A DNA stretch of 63,800 nucleotides, filler included, from Octopus bimaculoides (taxonomy: Eukaryota), in NCBI RefSeq assembly GCF_001194135.2. It is 5 parts of 5 records of this genome, joined end to end, with 100 filler letters (N's around TTAATTAATTAA, not from the genome) between each part and the next. Parts side by side here need not be neighbours in the genome. Positions count along the whole stretch, not along the records: positions 1 to 27,562 come from NC_068993.1; 4 more parts are not named here. One strand, given 5' to 3'. Below the pieces are notes generated by a model that saw nothing but the letters and a program-made list of their open reading frames with translations, did not search any database and had not been told where the DNA came from. A program made the position numbers and the translations under genes. Below, one piece after another: positions 1-13,975 of the stretch (position 1 is the first letter of the stretch; each line of letters opens with the position of its first letter).

Positions 1-127
1 CCCATCCCCTCAAGTTTGGGAATTTTTTATTCACTCCTGGAAGAATGCATTAATTATTTCAGCCTGGCTGTGTTTGTAGACGGTTGAAAAGAATACTTTT
101 AACAGAAAAAAAATTAAATGATAGCAC

Positions 128-191
128 TGTAGTTGCGGGTGGGCCCCCTTGTAGTTGCGGGTGGGCCCCCTTGTAGTTGCGGGTGGGCCCC
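128..191. repeat. 22-bp GC-rich tandem repeat, ~3 copies
   Basis: tgtagttgcgggtgggccccct at 128, 150 and 172. Confidence 0.95.
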
Positions 192-644
192 ATTAGTCTC
201 CTGGCAACCACTGAATATAGTGTATAAAGACTCCCAAAGGATGAAAATGAAGATAAACCTTGGGGCAGAATTATAATTCAGATTGTTGGAGAGAATGAAC
301 AAAATACTGTAAATCCTTTTCGTTAGATTAATTAAGATTAATTAATATTAATTATTCATTCAAGACATTGAGTTGAAAGAATTGTTAGCATGCCAGGCAA
401 AATGTTTAGCTGTATTTCGTCCATTTTAACACCTTGAGTTCAAATTCTGCCAAGGTCACATTTGCCTTTCATCCTTTCAGGGTCAATAAATTAAGTACCA
501 GTTGAGTACTGGGGTCAATGTAATTTACTTACCACCCCCTCCACCTAAATTGCTGGCCTTGTGCCAAAATTTGAAATCATTATTAATTAACTATTTATTA
601 GGAATGCATATCTCTTCCATATAATCAGAAATATTTATACTTAC

Positions 645-739
645 CCCACAAACAGATGATTAAGGCAAAGTAAGGGGTTATATTATTATCAAAAGATTCC
701 CTGATCACCAGTAGGACATCATTCATAGTCCTTTTAATC
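645..739 (-). CDS. ANO: Anoctamin coding exon 7 (95 nt), start of TM2
   Basis: tttcacatttcag|GATTAA...TGGG|GTAAGT; (Q)IKRTMNDVLLVIRESFDNNITPYFALIICLW(G). Confidence 0.9.
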
Positions 740-3361
740 CTGAAATGTGAAAAAGGAAAAAAATCTAAAATTCACCCAAACATAGGTCAAAATATTTGGA
801 CATCATTATCATTTCAACCTTGTTCCCAGTTCAAAATATACTTGAAGCATATTCAAGCCTGCAAGAAAAGCCATTGGCTGTATTTTGTGATGGAGAAAAT
901 TTCTCGCTGTAGACAAATAGGTGTAAATACACAGAGTCAGTTCACAGCATTCCCTAACCAGACTGGGATACATGCTTTTCAGAGTAGTTATCACCTCTTC
1001 AACAACAGAGACAGAAAAGGAGGCACCGTGAACAAACATGAAAGACAGGTCCCTCTTATGATATTCCCGTCATCATTCAATGATTGGTTGTGCTATTCAG
1101 CGGCTTGCTGTATATAAAATACAGGGTGACAGCTTGCAAACTGATATGAGACACAGGTCTTTCTAACGATGTCATAAAATTAAAGTTGATGACAATGTAA
1201 TTGGATTTTGATGATAAAGAAATTGAGTCTGACACTGACGAATTTTATATTGATGTTGACAAGTTTGGGATTGATAATGCTGAATTTGAGAGGAAAACAG
1301 TACAATGAGAGGAGAGGTAAGGCAATGAGTATCTAACAACATGATGACGAGCTCAGACTTTGCGTTAACTGGCATTCTGTCAGTCACAACACTGAGGCTT
1401 CCAGTTGATCCAATCAATGGAACAGCCTGCTCACGAAATTAATGTGCAAGTGGCTGAGCATTCCACAGACATAAATATCCTTAAAGTAGTCCTCAAGGAG
1501 ATTTAGCATGACACAGAATGTGACAAGGCTGGCCCTTTTGAATTACAGGTACAACTAATTCTTGCCAACTGAATGGACTGGAACAGTAGGAAATGAAGTG
1601 TCTTGCTCAAGGACACAACATGCCACTGGGAATGGAACTCACGACATTATAACCATGAGCCAAATACCCTAACCACTGAGCCATGTTATACTCCACGACA
1701 AGGAACATAACATCTCAACTGCCTGGTTAACAACAAACTCCCTTCATAACTTGAAATAAAAGGGTCTAACAAGGGCCACCAAGATGCACAATAATTTCCT
1801 CTATAACAATATGCAAATGTCCAAAATTTCAAAAATCATCCCACCCATGCTCCCGACATTGTAATTATTATTAGTCTCTGATACTGTGGTGTTGTTGCTG
1901 TAATTGTTGTTGTTGTTGTTTTACATAAGTTGTTCCAAGTCTCATCCAGGGACCTCAAATATAGTGGAACCTCAGTTTACGAATTCAATTCATTCCTTTG
2001 GGCCATTCATCACCTGAAATGCTCATAAGCTGAAACTATTTTTCACCCCATAGAAAATTCAAGACAAGGCACAATGAAATCAAGCCGGGATGTGCACTGA
2101 ACAAAAGCTAGGCAGCAATTAATACTCTCCTCCTGTTATTCCCATCAGCTGCTGCTGGTGAGGGTGATTGAGATGGAACTGCGAGTGCAAAGACAGTAAT
2201 AACAACCTCAACAATTCTCAAAGTCTACTTACTGGTCAATTGTTGATGTTTCGTTATAAAAACCACTGCTGTTAGTGAGGCCAATACTGAAAAAGAAAAT
2301 TATTCATAATTAGATAAAAATTAATTAGATGATTATTTTCTGTTCAACTTAAACTAGAGATTTATCTCACACTCTTTCTTATGGAGTCACTTTATACAAC
2401 AAATGTTCAAATTGATGAAGCTTATGTTTAGTTGAGAAGCATCATATCATATATTGTCCAACAATGAACAGAAAGTCAGAAATAGTGAGAAATTTTTGCC
2501 ATCTATCACTTTTGGGATAAAAATAAAAGAGCACTGGTGATGCCATGCACCATTTAACACATTGCTATCTTGCCTTCTGTTTCAACAATTCATGTTTGTT
2601 TGTTTGTGTGTGTGTGTAAGTATGTGTGTGTTTGTGTGAGTGTGTGTGTGTGTGTACACAAATGCATACACATGTCCATTGCACAAATGTCGTTTCAACT
2701 CAAGCTGTTAATCCTTCTGCAATCAATTAAATATGTACCAGTCAAGAAATGGGACCTTCTTCAGCCTATTGCCAATGTTATAAATCATTATTATTCAGAC
2801 ATTTATTTATTAAAAGAAAAAAAACATAAAAGGCAATAAGAATTTTCAAAATCAAAAGTTTAAAAAAAACATGTTACCCAGTAATAAAAACACAAAGAGT
2901 TTGTGCATGCCAAGATATGTAGAGAAAAGGAGAAAACACTGATTCCAATGATTGAATATATTTATTTCAATTGTAAAATCAAAACAGCATTCCTATTACA
3001 CGATGCAAGTATAATGAAAGAGAAATCCTTTGATATTATTTTCAAAGATCTTATAATTAAAGAAATATGGTTTTTCTGTTTATATCTAAAGAATTCAAAG
3101 CTAAGGCGTCTCGCTTTTACAATCTGATAGAAAATATATGGAACTCAAGAACATGCTGCCTCATATAGGCAAGGATTATAGTGGCAAGAAGAATAAATAT
3201 TTCTAAGTTAAAAAAGGAATATTCAGAGTTAAATATAAAAAGTAAATGAATTCATTATGAAGTTGCTAATATTTGATACATGGAATTCAAAGAATAATTC
3301 CATAAATGGGTAATGTTTTGATGTTAGACTCAGGCACAATTTTTTTTTTACTTTCCATTTC

Positions 3362-3404
<43 letters not shown>

Positions 3405-3414
3405 NNNNNNNNNN

Positions 3415-3453
<39 letters not shown>

Positions 3454-3558
3454 ACATGTACATACATACAGATAGATAGATAGATAGATAGATAGATGGA
3501 TAGATAGATAGATAGATAGATAGATATTCATATATATTTAGATGTACATATACATAAT

Positions 3559-3597
<39 letters not shown>

Positions 3598-5230
3598 TTT
3601 TTAAAGTCCACTTTCCGCACTCACATCAATTGAATGGAATTCACTGAGGCAGATTTTTTGTGGCTAAATACTCTTCCTGTCACCAACCCTCGCCTGTTTC
3701 CAAGCACAGTAATATTTCCTCATAGTGAGACATACATGCTTTATGGGAGATCAGAAATGAAGGGCTATGCCTGTAAGATGGTGATGCTTGTTTGCAATTA
3801 CCACATGATGCCAAGACATTAATACACACATACAACTCCCACACACCACACACAGTCGTGTAGCAAGAGTGTGTCCCACCCCTCCACTCCAAAACAGGCT
3901 TATACAGCAGACCCAAAGATGCCATCCCCATAAAACTGACCCCCACCCAACCGTCCTTGATGTCTTTTGAATTACAGTCGCAAGAGTTTCACCATTGATA
4001 CTGTATCTCTTGGCGTAAAGCAGAGGCAAAGAATTCTCTGCATTTCTTCCTTGCAGCCACTGAACATCCTGATTCAATTCCTTCTCTTTGCTCCAAACTT
4101 TTCTTCAGAAGGAATCTCTGTCTTCCAGTGGAGGAGCTTCGATAATGTTTATTACTTGTCCTCTCTTGTCTCTGTACCATCAGTTCTCAACCACAGCTCT
4201 CCAATTTGTAATCAAGAATTCTTTCACTTGGGCATTTACTCACAAAATCAAGTGCATTAATTACCTCTACCTTAGCGAAAGGCAGAGTTATTGTTTTCAG
4301 TCATGTTTGTTTGTTTGTTTGTCCATGGACAAGATATCTCAAGAACTGCTGGATGGATTCGGATGAAACTTTCAGGGATGTTTGGCTTCATGACTAGCAC
4401 AAACTGATTAGATTTTGGGATTGATCTGATACCAGACAAGCATTCTGGATTATTTTTCCATTTTTTTAACTTAATTTTTGAGAGCAGTTGGGTTCATTTT
4501 CAGTATTCTCATTTTTGAGAGCACTTGGGTTTATTTCAGATATTCTCATTTTAAAAATCATCTTTGGCTAATCGTTGTGAGGACCATTGGTGTGGCCTTG
4601 GCAGAGGTTTGCGCTCTCTGAGTGCTCTTGTTATTAATTGCATTAATTGTGAATTTATAATCTAGGTATAAAGCCAGTGGTTTCAAAGCAGTTATCTAGA
4701 GTTACCCTCTTTCTCTTAGATTTTCAAAGAGAAAAATGTATGCATGTATATACAGTTACACGTGACTGTTGTCTGACAATGTGCAGTGGGTGAAAAATCC
4801 AACATACATTAAATCTGGTGTCAGAAAAACAGAAAGATTTCTGCCTTTTGCTCAGTGTCAAAATTATCGCTTAAAGTGTGTGCAATGTGCGCAGGTGCAT
4901 TGCATCATTTGATTCTAATGGCTAAACTAATTATCAGAGACATTTGCGTCATGTGAGGATCTAAATTAATAATAGTGAATCTAGATACATATATGTGGGT
5001 GTGTACAAATACAGCTGTATAAGATTACATATGTGTATATTTACCATATTGAAAATATATCAGTGCTTATGTTTGTTTACATAAATATGTTTATCAAGAT
5101 GTTTTTGCAACCCATTTGACTTGTATTTCATTTCATTCTGATAGATGCTTATATATATATGCTTATTTATGCATATATCATATATAAGTACACATATTTC
5201 TGTCTGTCTGTCTGTCTGTATGTATGTATG

Positions 5231-5261
<31 letters not shown>

Positions 5262-6569
5262 ATATAAAATCTGTTCGAAGGTTATAAAGGACACAGGTTT
5301 CGTGTGTCACATAGCTAGCTAGAGGCGATGGCTTCTTGGAGCTAATTCACGGCAGCTTTCGTCCTAATTTTGGGACTGCCATGTTGGCTTGGCGATAACT
5401 ATTAATTTCCAGTACCGCTGCCGTAGTCTCCTTTAGAGAGACTTAGAAATATTAATAACTCTATTTCTGAAAACCAGTGGATAGATTCCACTGAAATTAG
5501 ATAAATAACNNNNNNNNNNNNNNNNNNNNNNNNNNNNNNNNNNNNNNNNNNNNNNNNNNNNNNNNNNNNNNNNNNNNNNNNNNNNNNNNNNNNNNNNNNN
5601 NNNNNNNNNNNNNNNNNNNNNNNNNNNNNNNNNNNNNNNNNNNNNNNNNNNNNNNNNNNNNNNNNNNNNNNNNNNNNNNNNNNNNNNNNNNNNNNNNNNN
5701 NNNNNNNNNNNNNNNNNNNNNNNNNNNNNNNNNNNNNNNNNNNNNNNNNNNNNNNNNNNNNNNNNNNNNNNNNNNNNNNNNNNNNNNNNNNNNNNNNNNN
5801 NNNNNNNNNNNNNNNNNNNNNNNNNNNNNNNNNNNNNNNNNNNNNNNNNNNNNNNNNNNNNNNNNNNNNNNNNNNNNNNNNNNNNNNNNNNNNNNNNNNN
5901 NNNNNNNNNNNNNNNNNNNNNNNNNNNNNNNNNNNNNNNNNNNNNNNNNNNNNNNNNNNNNNNNNNNNNNNNNNNNNNNNNNNNNNNNNNNNNNNNNNNN
6001 NNNNNNNNNNNNNNNNNNNNNNNNNNNNNNNNNNNNNNNNNNNNNNNNNNNNNNNNNNNNNNNNNNNNNNNNNNNNNNNNNNNNNNNNNNNNNNNNNNNN
6101 NNNNNNNNNNNNNNNNNNNNNNNNNNNNNNNNNNNNNNNNNNNNNNNNNNNNNNNNNNNNNNNNNNNNNNNNNNNNNNNNNNNNNNNNNNNNNNNNNNNN
6201 NNNNNNNNNNNNNNNNNNNNNNNNNNNNNNNNNNNNNNNNNNNNNNNNNNNNNNNNNNNNNNNNNNNNNNNNNNNNNNNNNNNNNNNNNNNNNNNNNNNN
6301 NNNNNNNNNNNNNNNNNNNNNNNNNNNNNNNNNNNNNNNNNNNNNNNNNNNNNNNNNNNNNNNNNNNNNNNNNNNNNNNNNNNNNNNNNNNNNNNNNNNN
6401 NNNNNNNNNNNNNNNNNNNNNNNNNNNNNNNNNNNNNNNNNNNNNNNNNNNNNNNNNNNNTGATATTTTATTGGTCTCTTTTGCTGAACTGCTTGGGATG
6501 TAAACAAACCAACACCAGTCATCAAGAGGCAGGGCAGGTCAAACACAAACACACAGTCATACATACATG

Positions 6570-6617
<48 letters not shown>

Positions 6618-7559
6618 TGATAGGCTTCGACACAGTTCCCATCTACCAAATTTACTCATAAGGCATTGGTCGGTCCTGAGCTATAGTAAAAGAGATTTAG
6701 CCAAGGTGCCATGCACTGGGATTGAACCCAAAATCACGTGGTTGCAAAGCAAGCCATGCCTGCGCTGAGCAGTAGTAGTTTTTGTTGTTTTACTTGAAAC
6801 AATTCAGAAGCAAATATCAAAATTTTCAGAAATGCTCCTGTCCATGCTATTGAGGAGAAAGTAAGTAAAAGGGAGGAAAGAAACAGACTAATAGAGAGGA
6901 AAGAGTAATAGAGAGAAAAAGGCTAATAGGGAGGAAAAGGTAGTAGAGAGAAACAGAGGAAAGAGTAGTCGAGAGAAAAAGGCTAATAGGGAGGAAAGAG
7001 TAGTAGAGAGAAACAGAGGAAAGAGTAGTCGAGAGAAAAAGGCTAATAGGGAGGAAAGAGTAGTAGAGAGAAACAGACTAATAGAGAAAGAATTAGACTG
7101 ATAGAGAGGAAAGACTGATAGAGAGAAATAGACTGAGAGAGAAGAAGGCCTGAAAGAAAGGCAACAATAGTAAGGAAGAAGTTTTCTGTAAACCGTCTAC
7201 AGCTGAATCTGTTCAATTTACTGTTGCTCATTCAATTGATGTAGATATTACAACTACTCTTTTCCTCTCAACTATAATCTCAGGTCATCCATCAATGATC
7301 GAGACAGTAGGTTTCTTGCTCATAGTTGCGGTAACAGAAAGTCAGACTGGAGACTTTGCAGCTTCCACTCCGATACTTCAAACATGCTTCACCATTTATC
7401 CTCCTAAGAGTTAATTAAATTATTACCAATTATTCTCTGAAGTCATTTCATTGTAATATAATTCACTTACTATAAAATTTCCCTTGGACTTATTATAAAG
7501 AACCCGATTGTGTATATATGCTCCACAAACACTCTCATACACAAAAACTCACATATCTT

Positions 7560-7591
<32 letters not shown>

Positions 7592-10500
7592 TGCATAGAG
7601 TGAGGTTATTTACTACATTTATCTAGAACAAACAAAGGAAACTACAACAAAGCATGCAATGGAATGGAAGAGAGAGAATCAAACATCACTAAATACTAAT
7701 TTTCATGACCTGAAAGAAATCAACTTACCAGAGATCAGTCTGAGAACACCTGATGAACAAAAATTATTTGGTGCATTAAGTAATTAACCCTATTTGAGCC
7801 TTTAATCAGTTGAAGAAGAAATTCATCTGTTCCTGTATTTTTTTTTTTAAATAACTTTTATTACAAAAAGAGCCTACATTTGTAATAGCAAAGCACCTAA
7901 ATTTATAACAAAATGTACATATATTTACTATAAAACAGCTCCTAGATTTTTGATAAGTTAGAATCTATATTTATCATAAAATAGTACATACATTTACTAT
8001 AATCTCGTACCAGCACTTACTATAAGATAGCATTTATATTTACGATATAAATTGATTGACTATAAAGTAGTATTTAGATTTACCTTAACTCTTTCGTTAC
8101 TGTATTTATTTTGAGATGCTCTGTGTTTCTTTCAATTACTTTAAATATAACAAAGAATTTTGTAAAATAACTTGGTTATCATTCAGCTAGTGTTAGGAAC
8201 ATAAATTGCGACTAAGGTTTGGTGGAAGATTTTAAATCAATACTTATGAAAACAAGACATTTGTACTCAGAGCCAGAGCTGGTTTCAGCCAGGTTGGTAA
8301 TGAAAGGGTTAGAGTAGTTCCTACAATTTCTATAAGTACCACTTATGTTTACAGTAAAGTAGTACCTCAGTTTGCCATTAAGTATTAGTACCTTCATTTA
8401 CTATATAATGGTACCTTCATTTGTTATAAAGTAGTACCTGCATTTGCTATAAAATAGTACCCACCGTTAGTAAAAATAGTACCTATATTTACTGTTCAAT
8501 AACATCTAAATTTGCGTTGTGGGCTACATTCACAAAAAGGACTGATTAACATGAAGTCGCTCACAAGCAACACCCTTCAACCCAACCTGTTGTATGCAGA
8601 CCTGCTATCTCACTACTCTGCCATTCTTATCATTACTACAATAGCAGGTATTCTTCAAAGCCAGCTGACCTTGTATCACTGTTACTCAGGCCCACCTGAC
8701 TCTGCCATCTCCCCTCTTATTGCTACCCTTATAGTGTCGACAACCCTGTCAAAGTATTGCACTAACTTTACTATTCCCTTGTCCTTCCTCCAGAATACCC
8801 ACCACCACATCCTTGTCTTATGTTGCAGGCGTCAACTGACAGTTGTTCAAGAAGAACGTCAGTCACATCACCCGCATTGAAAACAAGAAAATGTATCAAA
8901 ATGAACAAGACCGTCATTAAGAAGAAAATTATTCAAAATGATATCAACACTCTTGGATATAATTACAAGAAAAAGAAAGAAGCATAAAGTGTCACTCTGA
9001 GAGATTGTTGAATAAAGATTAGGGATGAGATAGGGAAAAGAATCTACCCCAGAAAAGAATCTACCCCAGAAAAGAATCTACCCCAGAAAAGAATCTACCC
9101 CAGAAAAGAATCTACCCCAGAAAAGAATCTACCCCAGAAAAGAATCTACCCCAGAAAAGAATCTACTCCAGAAAAGAATCTACCCCAGAAAAGGATCAAA
9201 AATGGAGTCAGTTGTATGAAAGCAGTGACTAAAGTAATTAAGAATATGGAAATTAAGAAAGCTGTTTAATTATTAGAAACAGTTGCTGAGATGCTGTTAA
9301 AATTATTTTCAAGGGTGTGGCAATTAGGATTCTGAATAAAAAATTCAGAGTTAAAATTCCAATGTATTCATTTTAGTTAAGAAAAAAAAAATCAACAAAC
9401 AAATGAATAAATAAGATTTTATCAAAGATGCCTTACCTTAAGTTCAGACCATAACAAAATATAAAAATTCCAAATAAAGTTGGAAACCATAGCGAAGTCA
9501 TTAGCATACCAGTCCAAGCAAAATAGAATGCTATTTTCTCCCCAAAATAATTTCGAATTTTCCAAAGCGGTTGAAACTTCCAGAAAACTGTCCATCTTTT
9601 AGAAATGGTGTGACGAGAATCACAGACATGCCCATACGATTCACTTTTTGTATCACTGGATGTTTTGTCTTCTGAAGATTTCTGACTTTCAACTGTTTTC
9701 TGTTCCAGTTCATCGATGTCATCATGCAGGATAAAAGAATCATGATACACTTCATGTTTTAGTAAATAAAGCAAACCTAAATTTGAAGAATAAAACAGAA
9801 AAAGTAAGTAAAAAATACTCATCTAAAATAATAAACAAGCATCAACAATAATTACTATATATATATATACTCATGCAATCACTTATGAACATCAAATGAA
9901 ATGACTTTGCTGTCCTTGGATGGACCTAAACCAATAGCACTGAAGCCATAATTATCAAACTTCACCTCAAATGGCCAGTTCACATCCACCAGATGAATAG
10001 CACCAGAATTCCATCTCAAATTCTCAACAGCAAACTCAGTACCAGTAAGGGATCATGTGGCTACCCCATGCCACACTACAAAGATAAATGGAGACAGTAA
10101 AGAGCACCAACATCAACCCTAAATCTTGAGAGTAACTTGCAGAAGACAGAACAAAATGGTGTCACATCACAAAAGAAATAAAGACAGTTAACATTTATAA
10201 TGAACGACCTGACAACCCAAAACAAGACCTCTACCAGCCATCAGATATGACACTTGTGACCAGTCGTTCCTCGCAAAAATTGGTCTTGTCAGCAATTAGA
10301 GGCACCGGCATAAATGAGGAAGCACAAATGAAGAAGAAACAAGGAGGTCTAATGTTTAATGTGAATATGGTTGAAGAATGAACTCCAAAATTTCATTGAA
10401 ATACTTTGAAGAGACACACATTTTTTTCTATTTTTGTCTTCCTCTTAATTATCAGTATTACCAGCATTGGCTAATTACTCATCCAAATTCCTCATAAGCA

Positions 10501-13363
10501 AATAACACAGAAACAATTTCTTCTGGATGGGTAACAACACTGCAGCAGGTGAACATTACAGACGTAAAAATAAGTGAAGTAGTTCAGACAGTCAGAATCT
10601 ATTAAAGAATAATAAGCTTGAATTTGTCATGGGCAATATGGCAACAGAATTATTTTTGCATATGTAACACTGGCCCCCATGCCAGTGGCACGTAAAAAGC
10701 ACCAGCCAAATATGGCCAATGCCAGAACCCCCAGACTGGCCTCCATGCCGGTGGCACATAAAAAGCACCATCCGAACATGGCAATGCCAGTACCCACTGA
10801 CTGGCTCCCATGCCGGTAGCATGTAAAAAGCATCATCCAAGCATGGCAGATACCAGTACCCCCAGACTGGCGCTTGAAATGACTTTGTCTGTAATGCAAA
10901 TAACCTAACGATTTGTTGAATTAACTTCAACCAACTGACTGCTCATCCTATCAGTCAGACAAACAAACTGACCAGGATAGAAATACTAAGTCAGTCCTCG
11001 ATGAAGTATGCATCATCTGTTTGTCCGCAACAAGTGACAAGACACAGAGAGGGAGAAGACCCAGTCAACCCATGCAAGCTGATACGGGACTGGTGATGAT
11101 GATGATGATGATGATAGGGATGACCATGACGATAGAAATATTTCCTCAGTCGGCCTACATCATTAAATCGGGTAGAGCGATGATGAAGTATTACACGTGG
11201 GAATGAATGACAGCCACACCACACTTTTCTTTCTCTTCTTTCATAAATCGAACTTCATTTGAAAAATTCTCACCGTGTTCTAGGATATCGATACGGAATT
11301 TCATGGAAAACAACTCATTTACAAAAACAAGAGTTATTTCCCTTAGGCACTTTGCAAATTTTTTTACCTGAGCCTGGACAGCAATCGATACACACAAAAA
11401 CACGCCCAGTGGCACACACATTTATAATACAGATATGCACACAGATAATTATCTATGCACCAATTATATGTATAAGGCGCAGGCGTGGCTGTGTGGTAAA
11501 AATTTTGCTTCCCAACCACATAGTTGCAGGTTCAGTCCCACTGCATTACACCTTGGACAAGTGTCTTCTACTATAGCCTCAGACCAACCAAAGCGTTGTG
11601 AATGGATTTGGTAGACAGAAACTGAAAGAAGCCCGTCGTATATATATGTGTGTTTGTGTGTGTGTGTGTGTATGTGTGTGTGTGTGTGTGTGCGCGTTTA
11701 TGTGTGTGTATGTGTCTGTGTTTGTCCCCTAGCGAGCAAAAGGTGCATTTGTTGGGAGAGCATGTGTGAGCTCAGCACCGACTAGTGACCACTTGTATGA
11801 AACTTGTTCATACTGCAGATTTCCACTTATACTTTAAGATAAATTTTGCAATTATTATCATTATTAGATTTTTTTTTTGCATATACAGTGTGTGTGTGTG
11901 TGTGTGTGTGTGCATATATAAAACTATATCTTACCTCTTAAATCTTTCTCTGATTGGTCCTTCTCTGATTGGTCTTTCTCTGAATGGCTTTTCTCATCTC
12001 TATAATCCAGACTGATTAAAATAAGATGTGTCTATAAAAGACAGACAAGAATTGTAACAAATTATTACATTGCAAATTGCTAAACCATTACTGCTAAAAA
12101 ATTTTTTTTTTAAACTGTAAGTCTACATCTTTCATATAAACACTATGATAAACGTATTGTCCAAAAGCTATTAGACGCATCATAATACATTACAGGGGAA
12201 ATAAACATCAGAGACGTTTTGCCTCATTAAGAAACTACAGGAGCTATTTTTTAAAATATTGTAAGCTCTTCTCCTGATGATAACTGAAGCTATCACGAGC
12301 TCCTTTCAAGCATTGGGCCTCATAGGGACAATGACTGAGACATTTGTTAATTTATCATGCAAAGAAGAGCCATCAAGCCAAGTAAAATAGACTAGTAGCT
12401 GGTCGTCAAGAGAGGGTTGAGAGCTGAAGCATTGAAAGTTGACACTTCCACTTGGTGTCTAGTGGAACTATCAGCGATAGTAAGACAGAAGAAGTTAGTG
12501 TATTACTATTCTGGTATGAAGAGATACAACGGTATCCTATGACTAGTAACTATTGTGGCTACTAGCATAAAACAGCAACTACAGTACAACGGCAGTCACA
12601 CATCACACCAGTGGAAGGAACTCACTTTACAACAGTAAGGTTATCTTGAAATAGCAGTGGAACCAGAAGAAAATTTAAATACATTTGTTGGAATTATCAA
12701 AATATTACCAATGTATTGACAACATTCTTCACAGTAGAATGGCTGTTTAACCTCAAAATATGGAATATCTGAGAAATTTAAAACTCACAAATACAAGGAC
12801 AGTTTTCTTTGAATAATATTTGGCTTCTTTTGACTCGGCAGAAAACCAAATGTCTAAGCAAAGGTTCCTGAGTGTAATAATGGTTTTCCTTTTATGAAAC
12901 AAAGATCTGACAACTAAACATTGCAAGACATTTATCCTGATAAATTAACAGAATCTAATTAGAAATAAAACAAAAATTTCAGTTGTAAAACAATAACAAA
13001 ATAGAACTTGATTAGGTTTCGTTCTACTTACCAAAAGTGACCGAAGTGCTGGGCGGAAGAATTGGGATGGATCTTCATAGCAATAAAACCAATGAATTTT
13101 TTCCATGATGAATGGTGCACTCACGTAATCAACTAATGTGGAATATAAGAAACAAAGAGAAGAACATCTCACAATTCTACAAGATTTGTTATGAAGAAAT
13201 GTTAATTAATCAAAATGGACCATAGTTCATAACCATTACATATTTCAGTATTCCCAAAGGATGTGAATTAAAGATGCTCATGGTGAGATTTGGACTAAAA
13301 ATGTAGAAAAGTATTTAACATATAAAATGTGTTACCAATTCTTTAAAATAAAAAAGCAAGAAA

Positions 13364-13422
<59 letters not shown>

Positions 13423-13891
13423 ATTGTAAAATAANNNNNNNNNNNNNNNNNNNNNNNNNNNNNNNNNNNNNNNNNNNNNNNNNNNNNNNNNNNNNNNNNN
13501 NNNNNNNNNNNNNNNNNNNNNNNNNNNNNNNNNNNNNNNNNNNNNNNNNNNNNNNNNNNNNNNNNNNNNNNNNNNNNNNNNNNNNNNNNNNNNNNNNNNN
13601 NNNNNNNNNNNNNNNNNNNNNNNNNNNNNNNNNNNNNNNNNNNNNNNNNNNNNNNNNNNNNNNNNNNNNNNNNNNNNNNNNNNNNNNNNNNNNNNNNNNN
13701 NNNNNNNNNNNNNNNNNNNNNNNNNNNNNNNNNNNNNNNNNNNNNNNNNNNNNNNNNNNNNNNNNNNNNNNNNNNNNNNNNNNNNNNNNNNNNNNNNNNN
13801 NNNNNNNNNNNNNNNNNNNNNNNNNNNNNNNNNNNNNNNNNNNNNNNNNNNNNNNNNNNNNNNNNNNNNNNNNNNNNNNNNNNNNNNNNNN

Positions 13892-13975
<84 letters not shown>

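Noticed and set aside
809-1117. Overlapping 76-91 aa ORFs on both strands next to anoctamin exon 7
   Set aside because: No anoctamin or other recognisable motif and not needed for phase continuity; probably a decayed TE.
5497-6642. Long ORFs in the track that contain X runs (also 29629-30279, 31440-32512, 34902-35511, 45254-45962 tail, 53303-53992, 60139-60722)
   Set aside because: Open only because they cross N gaps and (TA)n tracts.
9036-9188. Regular short repeats as a CRISPR-like array (also 44261-44614)
   Set aside because: Head-to-tail units with no unique spacers, in a eukaryotic context.
10991-11421. His-rich and Met-rich ORFs in anoctamin intron 4
   Set aside because: Built around a (GAT)n tract; the exon 4 to exon 5 phases already match without them.
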